Positions 8,059-15,847 of a stretch of 50,891 nt of DNA are shown here, piece after piece (position 1 is the first letter of the stretch; each line of letters begins with the position of its first letter). The position numbers were made by a program, and so were the translations under genes. A model generated the notes under the pieces. It made no database searches. It worked only from the letters and a program-made list of their open reading frames with translations, and was not told the DNA's origin. Source of the stretch: an uncultured Bacteroidales bacterium (GTDB lineage Bacteria > Bacteroidota > Bacteroidia > Bacteroidales > UBA4417). The stretch is from the NCBI GenBank assembly GCA_903878265.1, contig CAIRHD010000560.1, positions 1 through 50,891 on the forward strand, given 5' to 3'.

Positions 8059-8162
8059 TTCCTACTCATAAGGCTTTTCAGATACGCCCCGTTTTTTTAA
8101 TTGATTTCTGGTCTTCAATTTAATTGTTATAAGGAGGTAAATTTGCCATTATTAGATATCCT
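8059..8162 (-). promoter_or_regulatory. Copy A of the ~104-nt repeated leader/promoter element upstream of the 6709..8046 CDS
   Basis: See 6400..6503. It starts 3-5 nt after the stop of the 8168..9505 CDS and ends 13 nt before the ATG at 8046. Confidence 0.55.
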
Positions 8163-8167
8163 CGGCA

Positions 8168-9505
8168 TTATTTATAAGAGATACCCGATTTCAGTTGAAT
8201 TGTTAGTGAATTATCTTTTGGGATAAAATCAGTCCAAAGGAAATCACAGTATCCAGGAAGCCAGCTGGAAGCGCCATATTGTCTTGCGGTTTGCCCAATA
8301 AATGCTGTATCCTCAAAGGTTTTATCTTCATCACCGTATCCATGGGCCATGAATGCTGTTCCCATACAATCGCTGATATGCCAGGCAGCAGTATCATTAT
8401 AATTGAATGGCTTTGACATGAGCATTGTCGTAAACAGGGTATCTGCGGCTGTCCGGGTTAAACTTTCAGCATATTGTTGAAACGTTTGAGAAGAGGGGAT
8501 TCCTGAATAATTTACATTCGTGATGTGCTTCGTTGTAATAATTAATGAGGAATCCTGAATGTACGTTATCGATCGGTATGAACTAGGTGAAACAACAATA
8601 GAACCGGTCTCTATATCATATAAGACTTTATTTCCTGATCGTTGTTCTACAATATCAGTTGCATGGAAATGTCCGGTAAACATTATCTTTAAGCCTGCAT
8701 TCATAAGTTGAGCTGATACATCTTGATAATTATCTACCATAAAGCCAGGAAATGTGGCGTGCTTGCCTGTGAATTGTTCAACTATTCCGTGATGCATCAT
8801 GCCAAAAACTGTTTTCCCTTTCTGAGCTGCTTCTGCCAACCGGTCAAGTACCCATTTCATGGTACCCGGCCTGATCGCTCCTGAAGTATAAATCGAATCG
8901 TTTATATTATCATACTTACAGCAATCAATTGCAAGCAGCCAGAGATTGGGCAATGGTTCGGATACATAACTCAGTGAGTATGGATCGGTATATAGCGCAT
9001 CGCTATAACCACAATCGGAATAAATCGTTCTGAATTGATCCGGACCGATATTCTGAACCCTTGTCTTTGCAGCGCCATTATACTGATATGAATGCGGGTT
9101 GTAAAGGTCGTGGTTCCCATCAATAACCCTGACTTTGATCCCGGCTTGAATCAATTGCTCCAGGTATAAATGAACAGAAACATGGCCAACCAGCTCACCA
9201 TCTTTGGTAAGATCACCAGGAATGAGGACAAGGTCGGGCTTTGGCGTTGCATGAATTAACTCATAAATAGCCTCCTGCATGATAGCATCGCTCGCCTCCA
9301 GGAGTTTCCCGTTCGTTATAAGATAATCCTGAAATGCAACACCATCCTTTATCAGCAAGGAAGGATCCATGTAATGATTGTCGGCCAACACTGCAATAGT
9401 ATAAACATTTTTTGCAGGGCTGGTAAGGTTGTCGCTCTTTTTGCATCCGGATAGAAAAAAAATCAGGAAGAACGCTGGCAATACAAATAGTTTTCTCATT
9501 TGCAT
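8168..9505 (-). CDS. Exported calcineurin-like metallophosphoesterase lipoprotein (third sequence type)
   Basis: Lipobox FFLSGCKKSD. Motifs IAVLADNHYMD, IPGDLTKDGE, IDGNHDLYN, FGMMHHG, FTGHFHATD. It shares no obvious similarity with the 443/445-aa type outside the catalytic motifs. Confidence 0.85.
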   Translation of the reverse strand: MQMRKLFVLPAFFLIFFLSGCKKSDNLTSPAKNVYTIAVLADNHYMDPSLLIKDGVAFQDYLITNGKLLEASDAIMQEAIYELIHATPKPDLVLIPGDLTKDGELVGHVSVHLYLEQLIQAGIKVRVIDGNHDLYNPHSYQYNGAAKTRVQNIGPDQFRTIYSDCGYSDALYTDPYSLSYVSEPLPNLWLLAIDCCKYDNINDSIYTSGAIRPGTMKWVLDRLAEAAQKGKTVFGMMHHGIVEQFTGKHATFPGFMVDNYQDVSAQLMNAGLKIMFTGHFHATDIVEQRSGNKVLYDIETGSIVVSPSSYRSITYIQDSSLIITTKHITNVNYSGIPSSQTFQQYAESLTRTAADTLFTTMLMSKPFNYNDTAAWHISDCMGTAFMAHGYGDEDKTFEDTAFIGQTARQYGASSWLPGYCDFLWTDFIPKDNSLTIQLKSGISYK

Positions 9506-9519
9506 GGGAATTTTAGTGC

Positions 9520-9606
9520 TTATTTATTTAAGAATTTATTGACCCGGTTTGCTGCATTTTGTCTTAGGTTGTACTAACAGAACGGTACATCAAATGTGTG
9601 ATAGTT
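9520..9606 (-). pseudogene. Third, shortest relic of a DUF3089 C-terminal tail
   Basis: The minus strand translates to (LWNY)HTFDVPFC*YNLRQNAANRVNKFLNK*. Compare FDIPFYYYNLRQNAENRAGKFLGK* of the 21372..22388 protein. Confidence 0.65.
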
Positions 9607-9830
9607 CCATAGTTCTGAATTTTCATCTGCATTTCAAGGGTTAGTTGCGCTACAAGTTCTACATTATGGGAATCCAACCCTGCTTACGCTAAATACCCGT
9701 AAACAGCAAAGGCATACATTGGCGCAATTGAAACTATCGATCCTTCTTCAGTCGCTGATCAATATCGGTTGCAAAAAAGGGAATGGTATTGTCGCTGTTG
9801 CGGATGATCTCAATTGGTAGGGATTGCAAT
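9607..9830 (-). pseudogene. Relic of the C-terminal ~75 codons of a large-type metallophosphoesterase (like 17486..19201), with in-frame stops and a frameshift; the 5' part is missing
   Basis: Manual translation gives IEIIRNSDNTIPFFATDIDQRLKKDR*, then after a frameshift MYAFAVYGYLA*AGLDSHNVELVAQLTLEMQMKIQNYG. The intact protein reads FDLVRNSDNTVSIFATDVDPIEADGS...RYYAVAINQIY...SGAYNAELVKQLTPEMQAKIENYGKAILK*. Confidence 0.7.
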
Positions 9831-10083
9831 TAAATTATGTCAAGGTAAAAATACTTTACGGTTAACATTATTTTATTTTACAAACATACACATATATAAG
9901 TGGATTGGTGCTATTATTGGAAAATAATTAATAGTCATAACTATTTAGTGCCAAAAGTATAGAGAACCTAAAATGCCTAAAGTTACTTGCTGATTTTATT
10001 TGCTCCCTTCGGGCGCATCTTCTTTACAGATACGTTCCGCTAAATCCTCCCTCTAAGCTTTATTTCTCATTACCCACAAAAAA

Positions 10084-10108
10084 ATCCCCGCCACACCGTG
10101 GCGGGGAT
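10084..10108. terminator. Bidirectional rho-independent-type terminator hairpin downstream of the 10155..12560 CDS
   Basis: atccccgccac-acc-gtggcggggat forms a perfect 11-bp GC-rich stem. It is flanked by an A-run (10076..10084) and a T-run (10108..10112). Confidence 0.65.
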
Positions 10109-10154
10109 TTTTATCCCAATAATTCCCAATTCTGTATTTGCGGTTTGTCCAACA

Positions 10155-12560
10155 TCAAACCTTCAAAAAACCCAACTCATACACCATCGGTTGCAGCTTT
10201 TCGCTCAATGCTTTGTATGCTTCTTCGAAAGGCTTAAAACTTACCGGGGCAAAATCGCCGCTTGCGTTGCGGGCCTGCAAGGCTTTGCGTATTTGATACC
10301 AGCCCACATCCGCACGGTTCAGTTTAAGTTCGTCGCGGACCTTGCGCACATCTGTATGGGCAAAATAAGCTTGCCACAAGGCTTTGCCTGTTAACAGCAC
10401 CTCCTTGGCTTCGGGCGAAAAGGTTTTATCCGCCATATATTGCACCATAAAATCCGATTCAAACCTATCGGTTGCGCCCACTTCGGTTTCGGTGTAGGGT
10501 ATAAAATGGTTTACTATCGCCCATTTTCTTCCGTTCCATTCCAGGTCGTTGGCACTGGCGGTTAGGTTGCTGCCATTAAACAGCATCCAAACCAGGCAAT
10601 CGTTCTTAAATTCATCCGTTAGCGGCTCGGTAGGCTGTAAAAATTGGTCGCGGTCGTTTAACCAGGTTTGTTTGACAATCTTACGAACTGAAAAAATTAT
10701 CGCTGCTTGCCAAACATTTTCGGGATTAATAAATATACCGTGCCCCCCATTAAATCCAGATGAAAACAACGCAGTTCGTGGGGCTTGTTGTATATCATTA
10801 CTATTGCTCCAAAGAAATGCAATAGCCCTATCAGACCACTTTGTACCTCTTAAATCTTTGGTTGCTGTTGCTGGAGTTACTACATTTTTTAAAGGAACAA
10901 CATCAGTTTTATTGGTTTTTGGACGTTCAATCCAATTTGTTAATAGTTGTTCATTTGGCAAGTTATAAAAGCATTTCTCGCCAATGGCTTGCACATTTTT
11001 ATCAAAAACTTCAGTTGTAATTTCAAGAATGAGCTGTTTTATCTTAGAATGTTGATTTGTAGCCCACACTAAAAAACCAATATGAAAATCACCTTTTAAA
11101 CCATCGAATGATTTACTATGTACAACAAAACCACCTAAATATTTCCCATTCCAAGCATTACGAAAGACATCCATTGTTTGAGAATTGACATATTTCATTT
11201 TACTAAACATTGCTAAAGTTGCATTTGGTATTTCTTGAGCAATTCTTGCAACAAACTGGGTAAAAAGCTCATTGCTTGCTTTTCCGTATTTAGACATTGC
11301 AGTTATAGCAAATTTTGTTTTTGCAACACCTGTTTTACTTGCATCAGCGGTCCCTCCTGAACCGATATTGTCTGAACTAGTCGCTTCCGCATACGGCGGA
11401 TTTATCAGCACTAAAATCTTTTTCCCATCGGCAATGGCTTTCCGTAAGCCTTCAGGTATTTTATTGGTAAGTGTATAATCAATTTGGCCAAAATCGGTAA
11501 TATCGTCGTTCAGGTAATCGTACTGGAAACGCTGTGCGGCCACGCAGGTTTTGGTGGCGCGCATCACATCCACATCGGCCTGGTCGAGGGTGCTCATATA
11601 AATATTGCGGGGGTTGCTGTGCTTTACCTCCAAGTTGCCCACGCCGCAGCACATATCCCATACCACGTAATTGGTTTGCCAGTTTTCGCCCAGGGTTTCG
11701 GCCAATTTATCGTAAGCCTTATCCACCACCGCAAGCGGGGTATAATACGCGCCTTTAAAACTGCGTTCGTCAATAGGTATTAGGCTGTCGCGGCGTTCGA
11801 GCAAATAATCGCGGTATTCGGCCTTGGGTGGGCGGTGGTAAATGGCCCAAAACTGCCTGTATCCCTCTTTGTTGCTCAGTTCGTACACCTTGCCGCCCAG
11901 CACAAACACGGGTGCATTGTTTTTATGCATCAGTTCGGCAGGCAGGTTATCGTGGGTGCTTACGGTTCCATCGTGCATGATGTCGGCAAAAAACAGCAGC
12001 GCGAAATCCTCTTCGGCCATGCCCTTTATCTCGTTGCCAATCATCAGCACCCATTTGTCGAACACCTGTTTCAGGTTGTCGGGCGTAATGGGGGTGCGTA
12101 TAATATCGCCCTTGCTTATTGCGTTTTTAATGGTGCTGATAAATTCCTGCTCGTGCGTTTCAATTTTAAACGAAACAAAGTGGGTGCCAATATGCGCCGA
12201 AATGGCATCGAGGGCTTCCTGCGTATAGCTGGTTGCCGACCGCCCCCATTTTATGGTTTTTTTGCGCAGGAAAGGCAGCACATCCTCGCTTTTCATAATG
12301 GCAGCCTTTTGCGTATCAATCACCGCCAGGAAAGGCGGCACATAATCGCCCTTGTTCAAAGCCTCCTGCACATAATGCATCAATTGCGTGAACATGGCGT
12401 AACTCGACTGCTTGGCGTTGTGCTTGGCTTCGAACCAAATTTCTTTGGTTTGTATATCAATCAGGTTTTTCTGGTATTGTTTCAGCCCAAGGGCTTTTAT
12501 ATAGGCATCTTTAACATCCTCTTCGCTGCTTGCTTTCTGTAGTTTTTCGTAAAGGGTCAT
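10155..12560 (-). CDS. Single-chain N6-adenine DNA methyltransferase with an N-terminal PD-(D/E)xK-like motif; candidate Type IIG/IIL (MmeI-like) restriction-modification enzyme
   Basis: 801-aa ORF. The N-terminal segment NLIDIQTKEIWFEAKH gives D35-x8-E44-A-K46. FKGAYYTPLAVV matches gamma-class motif X, VVWDMCCGVGNL matches the motif I AdoMet loop, and VLINPPYAEATS matches motif IV (NPPY). About 370 aa follow, consistent with a target-recognition and C-terminal helical region. The gene is visibly richer in G/C than its surroundings, and the ORF track shows many long antisense shadow ORFs. Confidence 0.68.
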   Translation of the reverse strand: MTLYEKLQKASSEEDVKDAYIKALGLKQYQKNLIDIQTKEIWFEAKHNAKQSSYAMFTQLMHYVQEALNKGDYVPPFLAVIDTQKAAIMKSEDVLPFLRKKTIKWGRSATSYTQEALDAISAHIGTHFVSFKIETHEQEFISTIKNAISKGDIIRTPITPDNLKQVFDKWVLMIGNEIKGMAEEDFALLFFADIMHDGTVSTHDNLPAELMHKNNAPVFVLGGKVYELSNKEGYRQFWAIYHRPPKAEYRDYLLERRDSLIPIDERSFKGAYYTPLAVVDKAYDKLAETLGENWQTNYVVWDMCCGVGNLEVKHSNPRNIYMSTLDQADVDVMRATKTCVAAQRFQYDYLNDDITDFGQIDYTLTNKIPEGLRKAIADGKKILVLINPPYAEATSSDNIGSGGTADASKTGVAKTKFAITAMSKYGKASNELFTQFVARIAQEIPNATLAMFSKMKYVNSQTMDVFRNAWNGKYLGGFVVHSKSFDGLKGDFHIGFLVWATNQHSKIKQLILEITTEVFDKNVQAIGEKCFYNLPNEQLLTNWIERPKTNKTDVVPLKNVVTPATATKDLRGTKWSDRAIAFLWSNSNDIQQAPRTALFSSGFNGGHGIFINPENVWQAAIIFSVRKIVKQTWLNDRDQFLQPTEPLTDEFKNDCLVWMLFNGSNLTASANDLEWNGRKWAIVNHFIPYTETEVGATDRFESDFMVQYMADKTFSPEAKEVLLTGKALWQAYFAHTDVRKVRDELKLNRADVGWYQIRKALQARNASGDFAPVSFKPFEEAYKALSEKLQPMVYELGFLKV

Positions 12561-12663
12561 GTGGTATTTGGGATAAGGTTAATTAGGCAGGGCAAATTTC
12601 GTTTTTTTTTGGTTGGTTATCTGATAATATTGGCAGAAGGGCAAGATGAATATTGTATCAAAT

Positions 12664-13146
12664 TCAATCTGGAAGATCATAATCAACAGGCACAGGCTTA
12701 AAGGTATATCTATCGTCGAAATCAATTTCAAACTCTTTCAGCAGTTCATAATATTCTTCCGTAAAGGTTTTTACTTTGTGGTGTATGGTTTGATTGGCGA
12801 TGTATTGAATAATTGCAGGCACATCGGATTTGCTGTATGAAAAAGCACCATAACCTTCCTGCCACGAAAACTTGCCTTGTGCAAGTTTTTTATCGTTTAT
12901 CCATTTCGATGAGCTTCCTTTTACATCTTGCATCAAATCGGATAACGATTGCGATGGCCTTAATCCAAACAGGATATGGATATGGTCGGGCATACCATTG
13001 ATTGATAAAAGTTTGTGGTTGTTGTTTTGCACAATACCGCTTATGTATTTATACAGTTCGTCTTTCCACGAATTGCGGATAATACATTCCCTGTTTTGAA
13101 CAGCAAAAACAGCCTGAATGTGGATTTGTGTGTAGGTATTCGCCAT
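12664..13146 (-). CDS. IS200/IS605-family Y1 (HUH) transposase, REP-associated tyrosine transposase (RayT)-like
   Basis: From the ATG at 13146: MANTYTQIHIQAVFAVQNRE...GMPDHIHILFGLRP (HUH motif H-I-H)...WQEGYGAFSYSKSD (catalytic Tyr region). About 160 aa, typical for Y1 transposases. The 203-aa ORF-track version adds an N-terminal extension that reads through REP hairpins and is probably not translated. Confidence 0.8.
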   Translation of the reverse strand: MANTYTQIHIQAVFAVQNRECIIRNSWKDELYKYISGIVQNNNHKLLSINGMPDHIHILFGLRPSQSLSDLMQDVKGSSSKWINDKKLAQGKFSWQEGYGAFSYSKSDVPAIIQYIANQTIHHKVKTFTEEYYELLKEFEIDFDDRYTFKPVPVDYDLPD

Positions 13147-13154
13147 TTTGGAGG

Positions 13155-13880
13155 TTTTATAACGTCCCCTACGGGACTTTCTGCAAATATAAAATAAACT
13201 TTCTACCAATATGCTGTCCCTAACGGGACAGTAACAAAAGGCCGAAATTGTTGTAAAAAAGTTCCCCTTTCTCAAAGCCCCTTTAGGTGTTAAATATTGG
13301 CAGAATAAAAAAGCAAACCCATTCCCAAAGCCCTGTTAGGGACGATATATTGGCAAAAGAAAAGCTGCCCCGATGTCCCACCAAGCCCCGTTAGGTGTTA
13401 AATATTGGCAGAATAAAAAAGGAAACCCTTTCCCAAAGCCCTGTTAGGGACGATTTATTGGCAAAAATAAAGCTGCCCCGATGCCCCAAGCCCCGTCAGG
13501 TGTTAAATATTGGCAGAATAAAAAAGCAAACCCTTTCCCAAAGCCCTGTTAGGGACGATTTATTGGCAAAAGAAAAGCTGCCCCGATGTCCCAAGCCCCG
13601 TTAGGGGCTAAATATTGGTAGAAATAAGAGCAACCCTATCGGCCAAAGTCCCGTAGGGACGATATATTGGCAAAAGAAAAGCTGCCCCGATGCCCCAAGC
13701 CCCGTTAGGTGTTAAATATTGGCTGAATAAAAAAGCAAACCCTTTCCCAAAGCCCTGTTAGGGACGATTTATTGGCAAAAGAAAAGCTGCCCCGATGTCC
13801 TAAGCCCCGTTAGGGGCTATATATTGGTAGAAATAAGAGCAACCCTATCGACCAAAGTCCCGTTAGGGACGATATATATT
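13155..13880. repeat. REP-like array: about 12 half-units (6-7 units of ~104-108 bp). Each half-unit is a short GC hairpin followed by an A-rich ATTGGCA(G/A)AA segment.
   Basis: Hairpins seen include gtccc-ctac-gggac (13165), ctgtccc-taac-gggacag (13213), agcccc-gtta-ggggct (13590, 13801), and gtccc-gta/gtta-gggac (13639, 13857). The phrase gttaaatattggcagaataaaaaagcaaaccc recurs at about 13289, 13397, 13500 and 13709, with variants at 13604 and 13812. A partial unit (ataatattggcagaagggcaag) lies on the other side of the transposase at about 12625..12650. Confidence 0.85.
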
Positions 13881-14012
13881 AAACAGTTAGTTTTTGTCAG
13901 AGTATTTTAACCAAACAACATTTAAAAACAAGAATAGACCAAATATCAGCCAATACCAATAATTGTCTGAGAGAGGAGGCTTTATATCTGTTTGCATACC
14001 TACATCCCTAAT

Positions 14013-15689
14013 TTATTGTTTGCAAAATTTATATGCCCAAACATTCTGTACACCGACAAAATGCACAAAATAGACACCCTTGGGCAGATTGCTGATATCT
14101 AAATTAGTTGTTTGCCCAATTATTTCCTTTTGTATGAGTTTTTGTCCACCAAGGTTCAGTATAGTTACCTGGCCTGCAACAGGCGATTCGAGAGTGATTT
14201 GATCAGTTGCCGGGTTGGGATATAAGGCGATGTGGTTTTCTGTTGCCTCCATGTAAGATGTACCAACCGTGCAAGCGGCAATAACTTCCAATGCACTATT
14301 GCACCCTGTGGCATTGCTGTAAATCCAAACCCCTGCATTTGGGGCGGCCAAATAATCGCATACACTTTGTACATTACAAGTAGATAATAACTGGTTGTTG
14401 TGGATATCTAACCTATATATGGATTCGGAATGCAAATTTTCCATCCCAGCCAAACTGGTCAAAATTTTATTCCATGCTATTGTTAGGCTTCCACCTATGG
14501 AGTCCAACGAAGCCAGTCCTGTAAGGCTGGTCAACTTATCATTGCCAACAAAATATACATCACTTCCTATTGTAACCATATTTTCCAAGCCCGACAAACT
14601 GGGAAGCACTTTGTTATAACCAATATAAAGTTCGGACCCTACATAATTCAATTTGGCCAATGCTGTCAAACTGGTTAGATTAAGATTGTTATTGATATAG
14701 AACTTGTCCCCAACATATTCCACCGAATCCAATCCTGATAAATTTACAAGCAGAGGATTGTTAGTAATATGGAGTTCATTCTCAAAAGAGGCAACTACAT
14801 TAAATCCGTTCAGGTTCACAATATCATCGCCAACAATGGAAACATATCCTTGTAAAGATGTACAGCCGGGGTAATTGGTTTGAAAATTATCAATCTCAGC
14901 TTGCGAAGTAAAATAGTAATTGCCGAACGGTAAGCAAGGAAGTGTAATTCCGCAATCCGCTGCAATTTCAGGTGGGGTATTACAACCTATGGCATTATTT
15001 ATAATTTGAACAACACCATTTGGGCTGGCCAAATAGTTGCAAATGCTTTGCACGGCACAGTTTGACAACGAACTGTTGTTATAAATAATCAAGTCGTGGA
15101 TTGAAGCCGCGTTTATATTGTTAAGGCCAGCCAAACTGGCCAGGGCATGATTTTCTGTTATGTATATTTTATTTCCTATGGACGATAGGTTATTCAGTCC
15201 TGTTAAACTGAGCAGCGAATAGTTCCTTTCAATACCCAAAGAGCCGCCGATCGAATCCAAATTCTGTAACCCAGCCAAAGTACTGAGCGTATTGTTGCTG
15301 ATATTAAGATCGCTCCCGATATAAGTTAAGTTGTTAAGGCCTGATAAATTGGTGAGTGCCAAATTGTTTATTATTAGCAGGTAACTCCCAATATAGGTTA
15401 AACCGTTTAGCCCCGCCAAACTGGTTAAGTTCGGGTTGCCAGCGTTTTCGTAATAACCGATTGATAAGCTGCCCCCAATAGAAGTAAGCATACTCAAGCC
15501 GCTTAAATTCGTAATATCAACACCGTTTATCATAACATCCCCTTCAATCGAAGTGCAGTTTGGATAATTTACCTGAAAACTGTTAATTTGAGCCTGTGTT
15601 GTAAAATTTATGCCATCAGGAAGGCATGTTTGCGCCTGTAAACAATTTATTGCCAATAAGGCAACAAAAAAAATAACTAATTTCCACAT
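14013..15689 (-). CDS. Leucine-rich-repeat surface protein with a T9SS type-A C-terminal sorting domain; internally duplicated
   Basis: The probable start is MWKLVIFFVALLAINCLQAQ (the ORF-track start at 15773 is 28 codons upstream). It contains about 22-24-residue LxxLxxLxxIGxxLxIxxNxxLxSLxGL repeats. The C-terminus ALYPNPATDQITLES...LPKGVYFVHFVG... is a Por_Secre_tail-type CTD. Confidence 0.8.
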   Translation of the reverse strand: MWKLVIFFVALLAINCLQAQTCLPDGINFTTQAQINSFQVNYPNCTSIEGDVMINGVDITNLSGLSMLTSIGGSLSIGYYENAGNPNLTSLAGLNGLTYIGSYLLIINNLALTNLSGLNNLTYIGSDLNISNNTLSTLAGLQNLDSIGGSLGIERNYSLLSLTGLNNLSSIGNKIYITENHALASLAGLNNINAASIHDLIIYNNSSLSNCAVQSICNYLASPNGVVQIINNAIGCNTPPEIAADCGITLPCLPFGNYYFTSQAEIDNFQTNYPGCTSLQGYVSIVGDDIVNLNGFNVVASFENELHITNNPLLVNLSGLDSVEYVGDKFYINNNLNLTSLTALAKLNYVGSELYIGYNKVLPSLSGLENMVTIGSDVYFVGNDKLTSLTGLASLDSIGGSLTIAWNKILTSLAGMENLHSESIYRLDIHNNQLLSTCNVQSVCDYLAAPNAGVWIYSNATGCNSALEVIAACTVGTSYMEATENHIALYPNPATDQITLESPVAGQVTILNLGGQKLIQKEIIGQTTNLDISNLPKGVYFVHFVGVQNVWAYKFCKQ

Positions 15690-15847
15690 CGGTGACGGTA
15701 TTTTTAGCATAGTGAGTAACCCGTTTATAACAACAAATATATACCACTTTTCGCTACATCTAATACTTTTCAATATTTATTCTATTTCTCAATGCAGTGC
15801 CGGGTATTTAAAAAACACATATCACAACGGGTAATACACAAATAAAC

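Noticed and set aside
9834-10083. A tRNA gene or att site at the left boundary of the G/C-rich insert.
   Set aside because: The region is AT-rich. It has no cloverleaf-compatible segments and no T-loop GTTCRANNC motif that I could find. I also found no direct repeat matching 17266..17485. The insertion mechanism therefore remains open.
10098-12542. Several long plus-strand ORFs (98, 139, 99, 74, 235 and 128 aa) opposite the 801-aa methyltransferase gene. They could be taken as overlapping antisense genes or a toxin-antitoxin-like arrangement.
   Set aside because: They cluster exactly where the sense gene is G/C-rich, and their products are low-complexity (Arg/Gly/His/Leu-rich) with no recognisable motifs. 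They tile the antisense strand in two frames, which is typical of shadow ORFs of a higher-GC gene.
13395-13604. A 69-aa ORF with an internal duplication (LNIGRIKK.TLSQSPVRDDLLAK.KLPRCPKPR twice).
   Set aside because: It lies wholly inside the REP array, and its internal duplication is just the 105-bp DNA period. A related artefact is the N-terminal extension of the transposase ORF (13147..13275), which reads through REP hairpins.
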